From contig JANRKP010000029.1 of the NCBI GenBank assembly GCA_033763415.1, positions 148,413 through 212,412 of the forward strand: a DNA stretch of 64,000 nucleotides. The letters run 5' to 3'. Position 1 is the first letter of the stretch. Each line of letters begins with the position of its first letter. The notes under the pieces are model-generated. The model saw only the letters and a list, made by a program, of their open reading frames with translations. It did no database searches and had not been told where the DNA came from. The DNA comes from Candidatus Melainabacteria bacterium (GTDB lineage: Bacteria; Cyanobacteriota; Vampirovibrionia; Vampirovibrionales; JAJTHC01). Below are positions 50,913 through 60,517 of the stretch, piece by piece. The translations under genes were made by a program, and so were the position numbers.

Positions 50913-51917
50913 ATGCTCACCCAACACGCCTTTGCTGAACGCGCATATTTTAATACGGCCAGCCCACAATGCCAGGTGTTGGCTCGTGGCCAACACAGCG
51001 CGACGCGCCATTTAGCCATTTATTTTGGAAAAAGTAATCCACAGCCCGGCACGATCGCATCAGACTGTTTTATTGCTTCTGCTGCTGGCCCACGCACGCC
51101 TGCACCGTATAGAACGACCCCCCACGCACTTCGTTTTGCGGCCAATGCCTTTGCCAACCAGGCCAACAATCTGTTTGCGGACTATCCTTTGTTTGCCCAG
51201 CACACCGCCCAACAGGCCGCACAAAAATTACAGCAAGGCTCCCTGCGCTCTGCTCAAGATTTGTACTGGTGGCTGGCACGACAGCGCCGACAGTACCAGG
51301 CCGAAAAAACCGGCACCCCGGCCAGCCAGCTTCCGCACGGAAAACCCCGGCTGACTGACGCCACTACCCCACTGACCCCCACCCCAGAGTATGGCAAGCG
51401 CTTTGAGGCGGAAATTCCGCTGTTTTTAGGCTGGATGGCCAGACACCCCGAGCAAGTGTACACCGATTCGCAAGGGTTTCGCTGCGTAACCCAACCATAC
51501 CGGCTGGTCAGCACAGGCCAGCTCATTCCCCTTACCACGGTTGCCCAACGCCCTGAGGATGGATTTTGCGAGCTGCGGCACAGCCCCTATGAGCCCAGTA
51601 TTGTGCAAGCCCGCCAAGAACGGGAATGGCTGTTTGAACAAACGATGAACCCGCAAGCCAGCATCGGGCAGAGACTGCATCATTTATCCAACCTGGTTTA
51701 CCTGGATTACCACTTAATGCAAACCGAACGGGGCAACGCGGCCATTACGGATATTGAAGCCGCCGCACTGGCGCAAACACTTGGCTTGCAGTGGCGGCCA
51801 GATGGTGATGCCATGGACTTAGTGGCCATGCGAAGCACGCCCAACGAGTTTGAACAAGTGTTTTTAAGCAAATTAGCCCGGCTGCCCCAGGCGCTAATGA
51901 GCCCTGTGGCCGTTTAA
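50913..51917 (+). CDS. hypothetical protein (334 aa)
   Basis: ORF only. Confidence 0.35.
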   Translation: MLTQHAFAERAYFNTASPQCQVLARGQHSATRHLAIYFGKSNPQPGTIASDCFIASAAGPRTPAPYRTTPHALRFAANAFANQANNLFADYPLFAQHTAQQAAQKLQQGSLRSAQDLYWWLARQRRQYQAEKTGTPASQLPHGKPRLTDATTPLTPTPEYGKRFEAEIPLFLGWMARHPEQVYTDSQGFRCVTQPYRLVSTGQLIPLTTVAQRPEDGFCELRHSPYEPSIVQARQEREWLFEQTMNPQASIGQRLHHLSNLVYLDYHLMQTERGNAAITDIEAAALAQTLGLQWRPDGDAMDLVAMRSTPNEFEQVFLSKLARLPQALMSPVAV

Positions 51918-51947
51918 AAAACAGAAAAAGCAGCTAACCGCTTTTTT

Positions 51948-53070
51948 CTAGACAACGCTCGCTGGCGAACTATTCTGTAAGCGCAACATGGACTCGATAA
52001 ACGGATCCAGGTCTCCATCGAGCACGGCTTGCACATTGCCATTCTCGTGCAAGGTACGATGATCCTTCACCAGCGTGTAGGGTTGCAGCACGTAGGAGCG
52101 AATTTGGCTGCCAAAATTAATATCCACGGCCTCGCCCTTAATGGCGCTCATTCTGGCCTCCTGCTCAGCCAGTTTTTTGGCTAGCAGTTTGGAACGCAAC
52201 ATATCCATGGCAATCTCTTTGTTCTGGTGCTGGCTGCGCTCGCGCTGGCAGCGCACCACAATGCCGCTTGGCTTATGGACGATACGTACAGCCGTTTCCA
52301 CCTTATTCACGTTTTGGCCCCCGGCCCCACCACTGCGGGCAGCAGAAAATTCAATATCTTCAGGCCGAATTTCAATATCTGCATCCGAAACGCCTTCTAC
52401 CACCGGGCTTACCTCCAGAGAGGCAAAGCTGGTTTGGCGCTTCCCAGAGGCATTAAACGGGGAAATTCGAACCAAACGATGCACCCCCCGCTCCGCCTGA
52501 GCATAGCCGTAGGCAAACGGCCCACTGAGGCGGAAACTACTGCTTTTAATGCCCGCCTCTTCCCCTTCAGACGTATCGAGCATCTCCACGCGAAAGCCTC
52601 GGGTTTCTGCCCAGCGCGTGTACATTCTCAGCAGCATTTGGGCCCAATCCTGGGCGTCGGTTCCACCCGCACCGGCGTTTACCGTCAGCAGCGCGTCGTT
52701 TCCGTCATATTCGCCACACAACAGGCGTTGCAACTCCCACTGCTCCAAGGATTTCTCCAAAGCCGCCAGCTCGCGCGAGGCCTCTTGCAGCGTCTCGCCG
52801 TCTTCCGCCTCTTCGCCCAGTTCAATCAGCACCGCCACATCGCTGGCCTGACGCTGCCATTGAGTAATTTGCTCAAAATCGGCCTTGAGGCGATTGAGAT
52901 GCTGTAAGGTCGCCTGCGCCGCCGTGGGAGCATCCCAAAAGGCAGGATCCAGTGTTTGTTGTTCCAAACGCTCCAACTCGGCACGCGCTTCTGGCGTGTC
53001 AAAGAAACCCCCTGGCCGCTTCAATACGAGGAGCCAGACTGTCCAATTTTCGTTTTAGTTCGGTAAACAT
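51948..53070 (-). CDS. prfB: peptide chain release factor 2, requires programmed +1 ribosomal frameshift
   Basis: The downstream frame (track ORF 51948..53024) carries GGQ in '[17 protein letters not shown]'. The upstream frame starts at ATG 53070 and encodes [23 protein letters not shown], ending at an in-frame TGA within AGGGGG-TTT-CTT-TGA-C (52999..53012 on the minus strand), which is the canonical prfB shift site. Confidence 0.9.
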
Positions 53071-53518
53071 GGCCTGATTATACGGCGGGCAAAATTTTTA
53101 AGAAACCGTTTTTGAGGCGATGAAACGCGTTCCAGAAAAATAGCTCCGCTGCTTAAAGGAAGTTTGTGGACAACGAACAAAAGTACAATACGATTTTAAC
53201 GAGATGAGAGCAGAGACCTGCCTGAGCAACCACACCAGCGGTGTGGCCAAGCCCGTGTGGCCGAGCCCGTGTAGCCGACAAAGGGCAATACCTCATTTCG
53301 TCTCCACACACACACCTCCTGCCAGACGTTGCCAGCGGCTTTTCGGGCAACTTGCCAACCGGCTTGCCAGAGTAGGGTCCTGGTTGAGTTGATAGCAAAC
53401 TTGATAGCAAACACACGCTTTTACACAAGCCAAACGGTACGTCGCCTGTTTATTCTACGCCTTATTCATCGTCTGTTTACCGTAAGCCATTAACACACAC
53501 AGGGAGTGAAGCGGCTTT

Positions 53519-53791
53519 ATGAGCCTTCAGCTAATTCAGCAACTGTTAACCAGTCAGTCCAACCAGGCCATCCAAACCGCGGGCCCACTGCCCAACGTTT
53601 CGCCCGCCAACCTAAACCGAAACATTAGCAGCGGGCCACTGGGTCAAAACAATCCGTTTTTACTGGCCAATAACGCCAAGCACACGGCATCAAAAATCGG
53701 GGTCAACTGCCCGCTGGAGCGGCCCATGTTTCTCGGCTACCGAGACAACCAGGCGCTGTACGGGGGAGCCCGGCTGTTTATTCTCTCATAG
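53519..53791 (+). CDS. hypothetical small protein
   Basis: ORF with an RBS-like 'agggag' upstream. Confidence 0.25.
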   Translation: MSLQLIQQLLTSQSNQAIQTAGPLPNVSPANLNRNISSGPLGQNNPFLLANNAKHTASKIGVNCPLERPMFLGYRDNQALYGGARLFILS

Positions 53792-53805
53792 CGCCCGCGC
53801 CATTG

Positions 53806-54861
53806 TTACTCCATGACCAGTTCAGACTCTGCAAGAGCTGCCGCTCTTGAAACGAATCGCTCAGGGTCAGGCTCCCCATCGCCCATCAAACGGCTGAGGA
53901 GTAGCTGAATTCTCTCACGCATCAGGTCTCGAACATAACTTGGCGAGAGCACCTCGCAATAGGCGCCATACTTTGCCAAACGGCTCACCAGCGCCTCGCA
54001 GTCATCCGTCTTGGCTCGCACCATCAACACCGGTTGCTCGGAAGAAACCAACAGTTCCTCATTGGGGTAGGGTCGATAGCTTTTGGCCAACCGGCCCGAA
54101 AGCTGAAACAGCACATTGACCGTTCTACCGCGGGCCTGCACTTTGGTTGGCAACTGGCTCACGCGCGCAATGAGCTGAAGGTTAATTTTAACCAACTGGT
54201 GTGTATCACAATTCATGCCAATTAAATAATTATGGACCCCTTCCTGCACAATGCGGTGAGGCTCCACGGTTACGCGCTGAGATGAAGCGGCCTCCTCGGC
54301 ACGGCACTCCAGCACCACAATCAGGGCATCTCGGCACAGTTTTCGAAAGCGGTTCAGGTCCTGGTACATCAACTCGCTGTTTTGAAGCGTTGCCGGAAGC
54401 TGCAAGCTGGAAAATTGAAACTGGTGCTTTTGCCCATCACTGAGGGCCCAATCCACTTTTTCCAACAGTTGATGGCACTGACACAACAGCTCATCATCCG
54501 GCTGGGCAAGCAGGCAACTGTAAAGCTTTCGGGCCACCACAAGCAAGGATTCATCCAAATCCAGCGGCAAAGGGTTTTGGTTTAACGTGTAATTAAACTG
54601 GTTTTTCCTGGAAGCTGGCGGAATATCGCACCCCACACGGCGTAAGGTATTAATATACTTGGTAATCGTTTCACTGTTGTATGTTCGACGAATAAATGGA
54701 TTGTCGAACAACAGCAGGTTCAGCTCCAACAAACCCAGGGAACGATTTTGCACCAGCAGCAGCAAAATATACAACACCCGGTACGCCGATGTGCTGTAAT
54801 TGGACTTATCCGCACCAGTGCCCTCTTGCGAAAGCACGTCTATATCACTCATGGGGGTCAT
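53806..54861 (-). CDS. HTH-WYL-domain transcriptional regulator (PafB/PafC-like)
   Basis: N-terminal wHTH 'SAYRVLYILLLLVQNRSLGLLEL' and a WYL core 'EPHRIVQEGVHNYLIGMNCDTHQLVKINLQLI'. Confidence 0.65.
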   Translation of the reverse strand: MTPMSDIDVLSQEGTGADKSNYSTSAYRVLYILLLLVQNRSLGLLELNLLLFDNPFIRRTYNSETITKYINTLRRVGCDIPPASRKNQFNYTLNQNPLPLDLDESLLVVARKLYSCLLAQPDDELLCQCHQLLEKVDWALSDGQKHQFQFSSLQLPATLQNSELMYQDLNRFRKLCRDALIVVLECRAEEAASSQRVTVEPHRIVQEGVHNYLIGMNCDTHQLVKINLQLIARVSQLPTKVQARGRTVNVLFQLSGRLAKSYRPYPNEELLVSSEQPVLMVRAKTDDCEALVSRLAKYGAYCEVLSPSYVRDLMRERIQLLLSRLMGDGEPDPERFVSRAAALAESELVME

Positions 54862-55849
54862 CGTACAGTTCGTTCATTCCTACCAATGTCTCTAACATAA
54901 CCTGCTTAAACGCAACCGGGCGCAGCACATCAAACGGCAAGCCACGCTCCAGTAAAATTTGTCGGAGCGAAAAAAAGTCTCTTGTCCGCAGTGAAACATC
55001 GCTAGCGCTTTCCGCCAGCTCCTTAGGCGCCAACACCGGCGCCACGGATTCTCCCAGGCCAAACGGAACAAAGTCCTGGGCGTTAAGGCCATAGAAACGA
55101 ATAATGACCAACGGGAGCTGCCCCTGAGAAGCCTGAAGCCCCTGCAACACATCCGGGCGGTCGGTCACCTGCTCAAAGGCAATAATCCGGTCCACGCGCA
55201 GCAGAGAAAGCTCTTCCTGCTCCTCTCGGTGGCCGTGCAAATAAATGGCTCCACGGCGATAGATGAGCCCTTCCGGCAGAAGAAAAAAGGTCTCACAACC
55301 CTTTACCGGCGATTCGTAGACAATGCGTAACAAATTTTGAGAGTCGACCACGGCTTCCAAACGCTGAATAATTTGCCGCTGCGCCTCATAGTCCAGGCTT
55401 CGGCTGTGGCTAAAGAGTCGCTCTAGCTGCTCTTCCTTGTTTGGAATAATGGATTGTTCGAGCAGACGCTTAAACAAACGATCCAGCGTGAGCATTTCCT
55501 GGTAAGTAAAGCTTTTTTCGGCAAAAATTTTCGCCGAAACCAACGTATTAACATCGCTTTGGGTTAGATACAGCCCAAACGGGTGCTGAATCAACTCATG
55601 TCGAAAGCCGTTCGTGGGTGTAGGCCGACTGATTTTACAGCCCAACATTCGCAAGGTGTTCATGTACAGCCACATAGAGTCGGCTGACAGTGTTTTTTTA
55701 ATCAGCGGATCGGCCAAAAAGCGCTGGTTTAAATCCTCTACACTCAGCGGGCCGCAATGCAGCCACTGCAAAATCTTAAAAATACGGTAAGCGGTTGTGT
55801 TCAAAGGAGACGGCTTTTGTTGAAGCGTTTCAGTCGTCACCGGCATCAC
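54845..55849 (-). CDS. HTH-WYL-domain transcriptional regulator (paralog of downstream gene)
   Basis: wHTH 'TAYRIFKILQWLHCGPLSVEDL' and a WYL core 'LIYRRGAIYLHGHREEQEELSLLRVDRI'. It overlaps the downstream paralog by 17 nt. Confidence 0.65.
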   Translation of the reverse strand: MMPVTTETLQQKPSPLNTTAYRIFKILQWLHCGPLSVEDLNQRFLADPLIKKTLSADSMWLYMNTLRMLGCKISRPTPTNGFRHELIQHPFGLYLTQSDVNTLVSAKIFAEKSFTYQEMLTLDRLFKRLLEQSIIPNKEEQLERLFSHSRSLDYEAQRQIIQRLEAVVDSQNLLRIVYESPVKGCETFFLLPEGLIYRRGAIYLHGHREEQEELSLLRVDRIIAFEQVTDRPDVLQGLQASQGQLPLVIIRFYGLNAQDFVPFGLGESVAPVLAPKELAESASDVSLRTRDFFSLRQILLERGLPFDVLRPVAFKQVMLETLVGMNELYDDPHE

Positions 55850-56059
55850 TCCTGAGCCTAGCGTACACTTTTAATTTCAGGCCAACATCTGAACTAAAAA
55901 ACAAAAAGAGTAGCAAAAGTGCCCTGCAAGCGCCCACGTTTGCCTACCCAATGAATATGCACAAAATATAACATTTGCAGGTAACCCTAAGATGATGCTT
56001 GAGGCCAAAGGCTTTGTAAACAAGCATATTTTCGATTTTTTGATTTCCACGGCCAGGTA

Positions 56060-56090
56060 GCAAAAAATATTTCAGAGAAATATTTTTTGC
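56060..56090. repeat. perfect 14-bp inverted repeat with 3-nt spacer (gcaaaaaatatttc-aga-gaaatattttttgc)
   Basis: Arms at 56060..56073 and 56077..56090 are exact reverse complements. Located in the AT-rich intergenic region between pth (3' end) and the WYL regulator pair (5' end). Confidence 0.85.
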
Positions 56091-56168
56091 ACGGCAGCAG
56101 GCAAGGGCGCACCTGCACCCCATTTTTAGACAGCACGCCTTAAATCCTACCCAAGCACTGCACTTGGA

Positions 56169-56804
56169 CTATGCGGGCGGGGCGCCATTAAAGCGGTTCA
56201 TCGCCTCTGCAACAGGGTGCTGCATACAAAAGGCCAGGGCTTCCAGCGCCTGATGGGTCATCGCCGTTACCTTGGGTTGCTCTTCGTCGGAAAACTTTCC
56301 CAATACGTGATCAACCACCCCTTCATGAGCCGAATGTTCCTGAGGCAGGCCAACCCCCAAACGAAGCCTTGGAAAATCCTGCCGGTTGGACAATTTTTGA
56401 ATGATCGACTTCATACCGTTGTGTCCGCCCGCACTTCCAGAAAGTCGAATACGTAAACGCCCCACAGGCAAGGCCATATCATCGTAAACCACCATCAGGC
56501 GATCCAGAGAAATGGGATATTGACTGACCAGTGGCTGCACTGCCTGGCCAGACAAATTCATGTACGTGGTGGGCTTTAACAAAATAACCGAAGCCCCGTG
56601 CCAAAGCCCACTTGTGACCAACCCTGGAACCACCGTAGCACTTCGCCAAGACCAGCCCTCCGCAGCAGCCAGCCTATCCAGAACCTCAAAGCCAATATTG
56701 TGCCGGGTTTTCGCATAACGCTCTCCCGGATTACCCAAGCCCACCAGTAGCCAATCCACCGCTGTTGGCAGGCGATCCCGCTTGATTTGACGAAACCAGT
56801 GCAT
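56169..56804 (-). CDS. pth: peptidyl-tRNA hydrolase
   Basis: 'LLVGLGNPGERYAKTRHNIGF' and 'GGHNGMKS' Pth motifs. The start is possibly downstream of the 56804 Met. Confidence 0.9.
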   Translation of the reverse strand: MHWFRQIKRDRLPTAVDWLLVGLGNPGERYAKTRHNIGFEVLDRLAAAEGWSWRSATVVPGLVTSGLWHGASVILLKPTTYMNLSGQAVQPLVSQYPISLDRLMVVYDDMALPVGRLRIRLSGSAGGHNGMKSIIQKLSNRQDFPRLRLGVGLPQEHSAHEGVVDHVLGKFSDEEQPKVTAMTHQALEALAFCMQHPVAEAMNRFNGAPPA

Positions 56805-57099
56805 GGCCCATACCTATTTTATACAGCCGACCGCACAGAAAACAGTAGCAAAAGGAAGAAAAACTGGCAAACAATGCGCTTGAGTGGTTTTAAAAAATGG
56901 AATGACTGGCCAAACGCATGCGGACGACCCGATTCAAGAAACCAACCCCAGTGCCGATAGCACGTTCAGCGAATGATTGTTTTTTATTCCGCCTGCCAGA
57001 CCGGCCAAATTTAAAGAATTTCATCACAACCCGCCCGAATTCATGAAAGCTCTGCTACCATTGAGGTAATGGTTCTGGATACTGTCTCGCATACACTAA

Positions 57100-57540
57100 T
57101 TGAAGACACCCTACCAGGACCAAGCTAACCATAAAGGACAACCCACATCCGTGACCACGACACGACAGACCAACCCAAGCCATCGCGCCTTACCGCCAGT
57201 TTTTCTGCACGTAAACCGGCGCTGGTTTGCCTGCCTGCTAACCGTCAACACGTTGTTACTACTGGTAACCAGCCCTGTTGCAGTGGCAGCCGATTCCTTA
57301 TCCTCTCAGGCACTCTCGCCCTGGGTCGCATCCATTCGTCGAATTGCCACACCCAAGCTGGATTCGGTAGGAATGGGCCGGGTTAACAACAGCCACTACC
57401 AAACCCTATTAATGGAATTATGGCTGCAAAGCCAACAGTTTTGGAACCCTACCGAAGCGCCCCCCAGTCCCTACCAACCCTCTAGCCGAGAGGCATCCTC
57501 ATCGTCTCTGCTACCAGAGCCTTTTCCATCAAAGCCCTGA
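57100..57540 (+). CDS. hypothetical membrane protein
   Basis: ORF with one TM helix and a Pro/Ser-rich tail. Confidence 0.3.
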   Translation: MKTPYQDQANHKGQPTSVTTTRQTNPSHRALPPVFLHVNRRWFACLLTVNTLLLLVTSPVAVAADSLSSQALSPWVASIRRIATPKLDSVGMGRVNNSHYQTLLMELWLQSQQFWNPTEAPPSPYQPSSREASSSSLLPEPFPSKP

Positions 57541-57562
57541 CGGTTTGTTATGAAATAACGCT

Positions 57563-58435
57563 ATGCAAGAAGCCGCCAAAAACAAAAAAGTCCGGCTGGA
57601 TGCTCTATTGCTGAGCCGTGGTTTGGCCGAAAGCAAGACACAGGCTCAAGGCCTGATTTTAGCAGGCCTTGTCCAGGTGAAAGGGCAGCGCGTGGACAAG
57701 CCTGGCCAACAGGTGCCTAGCACCACGGAGTTAAGCGTCAGCCAGCCCGAACACCCGTACGTGAGCCGAGGGGGGATGAAGCTCGCCTTTGCGCTGGAGC
57801 AGTTTCAGGTCAGCCCATTGGGTCGGGTTTGCCTGGATGTTGGCGCTTCCACCGGAGGCTTTACGGATTGCCTACTTCAGCAGGGCGCCCAAAGTGTATT
57901 GGCATTGGATGTTGGATACGGACAGCTCCATTGGCGTTTAAGGCAACACCCACAAGTATTGAGCCTGGAGAGAACCCACATTCGAGACCTCATCTGGCCG
58001 GAAGACAAACTGGCCCGGCCCACACTGGCCGTTATTGACGTTTCTTTTATTTCGCTCAAAAAGGTGCTTCCCGGCGTGATGAAACACCTGGAAGGCAACC
58101 TCTCCGCAGAAGAAGCCCCACCCCAGGTGATTGCTTTGCTAAAACCACAGTTTGAATACCTGGATTACATTCCTCCGGCAGCCGCACAGCGATTTCGAGG
58201 CGTGGTTCAGCACGCCCAGCAGCACGAGCAGATTATTGGCGGGCTGCTGGGCGACCTAGCCACTTTGTGCGGCCATTGGCAGGTCACGCAACTCATTGGC
58301 TCGCCCATTCACGGCAGCAAGGGCAACCGAGAGTTTTTAATCCACCTACAACCCAAGACCGCCAGCAAACCGATTGTCTCAGAGGCAGAAATCCGTCGCG
58401 TGGTTTACGAAACTCCTGACGCTGGCACAACATAG
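57563..58435 (+). CDS. tlyA: TlyA-family rRNA 2'-O-methyltransferase (S4 domain + FtsJ-like)
   Basis: S4 'VRLDALLLSRGLAESKTQAQGLILAGLVQVKGQRVDKPG' and MTase 'CLDVGASTGGFTDCLLQQGA'. Confidence 0.85.
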   Translation: MQEAAKNKKVRLDALLLSRGLAESKTQAQGLILAGLVQVKGQRVDKPGQQVPSTTELSVSQPEHPYVSRGGMKLAFALEQFQVSPLGRVCLDVGASTGGFTDCLLQQGAQSVLALDVGYGQLHWRLRQHPQVLSLERTHIRDLIWPEDKLARPTLAVIDVSFISLKKVLPGVMKHLEGNLSAEEAPPQVIALLKPQFEYLDYIPPAAAQRFRGVVQHAQQHEQIIGGLLGDLATLCGHWQVTQLIGSPIHGSKGNREFLIHLQPKTASKPIVSEAEIRRVVYETPDAGTT

Positions 58436-58465
58436 ACCGTGGCAACGGTTCTGGCCATCGAGAAT

Positions 58466-58492
58466 TAAAGTCTGCGCGGGGCAAGCCGATAC
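58466..58492 (+). promoter_or_regulatory. sigma-28 (FliA)-type promoter match TAAA-N15-GCCGATAC
   Basis: taaa at 58466..58469, a 15-nt spacer, then gccgatac at 58485..58492. Consensus is TAAA-N15-GCCGATAA. It lies 29 nt upstream of ORF 58521..58754. Confidence 0.5.
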
Positions 58493-58520
58493 CTTCTTTG
58501 TAGCAAAGCATGTCTAGCGA

Positions 58521-58754
58521 TTGCGTCATCATCGCGTTTTAAATTTGACAGGAGGTCGGCTTGGGCCTATGAACCCAGATCACTATCCGCGGGCCAGGCA
58601 GTCCGCACCGTTTCAGCACCCACAACAACCATCGGTCCAAGTTCGGGTGGAAGCAATCCGCAAACCCACTATTTCCCTGCCAGATTGGCTGGCGATGGGC
58701 GGGGGCCTATGGCTTATTGCCTGGACCCTGGCCACCACCTGCCTGTTTCTCTAA
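58521..58754 (+). CDS. hypothetical small protein with C-terminal TM helix
   Basis: 77-aa ORF; an internal Met at 58569 follows an AGGAGG. Confidence 0.3.
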   Translation: MRHHRVLNLTGGRLGPMNPDHYPRARQSAPFQHPQQPSVQVRVEAIRKPTISLPDWLAMGGGLWLIAWTLATTCLFL

Positions 58755-58952
58755 CCTTGGCTAGAACCACGTAGCGAGTTTCTAAAAAAATTAGGTATCT
58801 GCTTCTTTTGCAAGGCTGGCGGTCACGATAAACCCAGCCAACGTTCATTCAAGCTGGTGGCGGCGTCTTCTGCACCACCGGAGATCCACGGTTTCTTTTT
58901 TCATTTTTCAATTCTCAGGCCGACCGTCTGTGACCGGTCGGCTAACCCAAGC

Positions 58953-58979
58953 CACCCACTTGTTGGGTGCTTTTTTTTT
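58953..58979 (+). terminator. rho-independent terminator-like hairpin plus T9 tract, preceded by a second 8-bp hairpin (58919..58942)
   Basis: caccca-cttgt-tgggtg then c-ttttttttt, and upstream of it gccgaccg-N8-cggtcggc. Confidence 0.6.
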
Positions 58980-59101
58980 GCGCATCTTTTTTCGATGATG
59001 GAAAAAACACGTTAACGATGCTTTTAAAAATATGGAGGTTGGATCATGCGCCTTGACGTCAACCGCAGGCAATGATCGATTGGGAGGAAGGTTTACCCAC
59101 A

Positions 59102-60280
59102 ATGAACAGCACCCACACGGCCCTGGCCGAGAAAACCACCGCGCTGTACCAAAACCACGTGCACCGTGGCGCAAAAATGACCCCGTTTGCAGGCTGGCAA
59201 ATGCCGCTGCAATTTAGCCGTGTGCTGCAAGAGCATGCCGCCGTTCGTGAGGCCGCCGGTCTATTTGATGTTTCCCATATGGGGATACTGGTGTTTGAAG
59301 GCCCCAGCACTGCCGTCGTTCGTCGGTTTTTAGACGGGCTGGTGCCCAGAGACCTTGAAAAACGACTCCAGCCGGGCAAGGCCGTGTACACCCAATTTTT
59401 AAACGAAGCCGGTGGCATTCTGGACGACCTGATAGTCTATCAACTGCCGCCAGAGGCCCAAACCCTGGGCTTCCAGGGCGAATTTCTAGTGGTGTGCAAC
59501 GCCGCAAACGTCATTGAGAACTGCCAGTGGATTGACGCCCACCAGCCGGAAAAAGTGGGGGTTCGCGTCCACTTGCAGTACGATCGCTTCAGCCTTTTGG
59601 CCTTGCAAGGTCCCAAATTCCTGCAAGTTATGCAAACGGTCGGCTTCCAGGAAGTGGATCTGCCAAAGCGTTTTGGGGTTTCTGTTTGCACCTTACACAC
59701 AGGCGCTACCCACTGCACGGTGCTTGCCGCCCGAACCGGCTATACCGGCGAAGATGGCCTGGAGCTTATTGTGCCAAACGCCTATGCAGAATGGCTATGG
59801 GATACGCTGCTAAACCAAAACGAAGCAACGGGACTGCTGCCGGTTGGTTTGGCGGCTCGGGACACCCTAAGAACAGAAGCCGCGCTGCCGCTACACGGCC
59901 AAGATATTGGGCCAGACACCACCCCACTGGAGGCGGGCTTGGGCTGGTCGGTTGATTGGAGCAAGCCCCTGCCCTATGTGGGGCAAAGCGCCATACACGC
60001 CCAACAAGAAAAAGGACTTGCCAGAATTTACCACTGCTTTAAACTGAAGAAGCAGACCATTCCCCGCCCACACGACCCCCTGATGCTTGAGGGACAAGTC
60101 GTCGGTGAGGTAACCAGTGGAACCGTTTCCCCCTGTTTAGATGCTGCCATCGGCATGGGGTATGTTTCCACCAGTGCACCGCTAGCGCCTGGAAGCTCGC
60201 TGACGGTACTTGGCCGAAAAGGGGTGGCAATGGAAGCCAAGGTTGTTACCCGACCTTTCTACAAAAGCACCCTTTTGTAA
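59102..60280 (+). CDS. gcvT: glycine cleavage system T protein (aminomethyltransferase)
   Basis: 'MTPFAGWQMPLQFSRVLQEHAAVREAAGLFDVSHMG'. The start is taken at MNSTHT, with a GGAGGA upstream; the track ORF starts at 59072. Confidence 0.9.
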   Translation: MNSTHTALAEKTTALYQNHVHRGAKMTPFAGWQMPLQFSRVLQEHAAVREAAGLFDVSHMGILVFEGPSTAVVRRFLDGLVPRDLEKRLQPGKAVYTQFLNEAGGILDDLIVYQLPPEAQTLGFQGEFLVVCNAANVIENCQWIDAHQPEKVGVRVHLQYDRFSLLALQGPKFLQVMQTVGFQEVDLPKRFGVSVCTLHTGATHCTVLAARTGYTGEDGLELIVPNAYAEWLWDTLLNQNEATGLLPVGLAARDTLRTEAALPLHGQDIGPDTTPLEAGLGWSVDWSKPLPYVGQSAIHAQQEKGLARIYHCFKLKKQTIPRPHDPLMLEGQVVGEVTSGTVSPCLDAAIGMGYVSTSAPLAPGSSLTVLGRKGVAMEAKVVTRPFYKSTLL

Positions 60281-60517
60281 GTCGCCTCTGTGTGTAAGTA
60301 CCCACTTACGAACAAGGTACCTGTTACGAAATGTCTGACAAAATGTCTGTCATCCCTCGGGGGTTGCTTTTGTTGTAAAGTTCAAGGTGCCAACACAATG
60401 CACCCGTACTCGTTTCCAGGCCAAGGTACTGCCTCTGGCAGCCCAGGCCCCGTCATAGAAACCAGACACCAGTGCTTATTTCATTCAACCACACGGCAAC
60501 GGAGGTGCTAAAAAGCT

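Noticed and set aside
58436-59101. Glycine riboswitch upstream of gcvT
   Set aside because: No tandem aptamer cores (conserved ACCGAAGGGGCAA-like segments or GGAGAG P1 elements) are visible. Hairpins plus a T9 tract look like a plain terminator instead.
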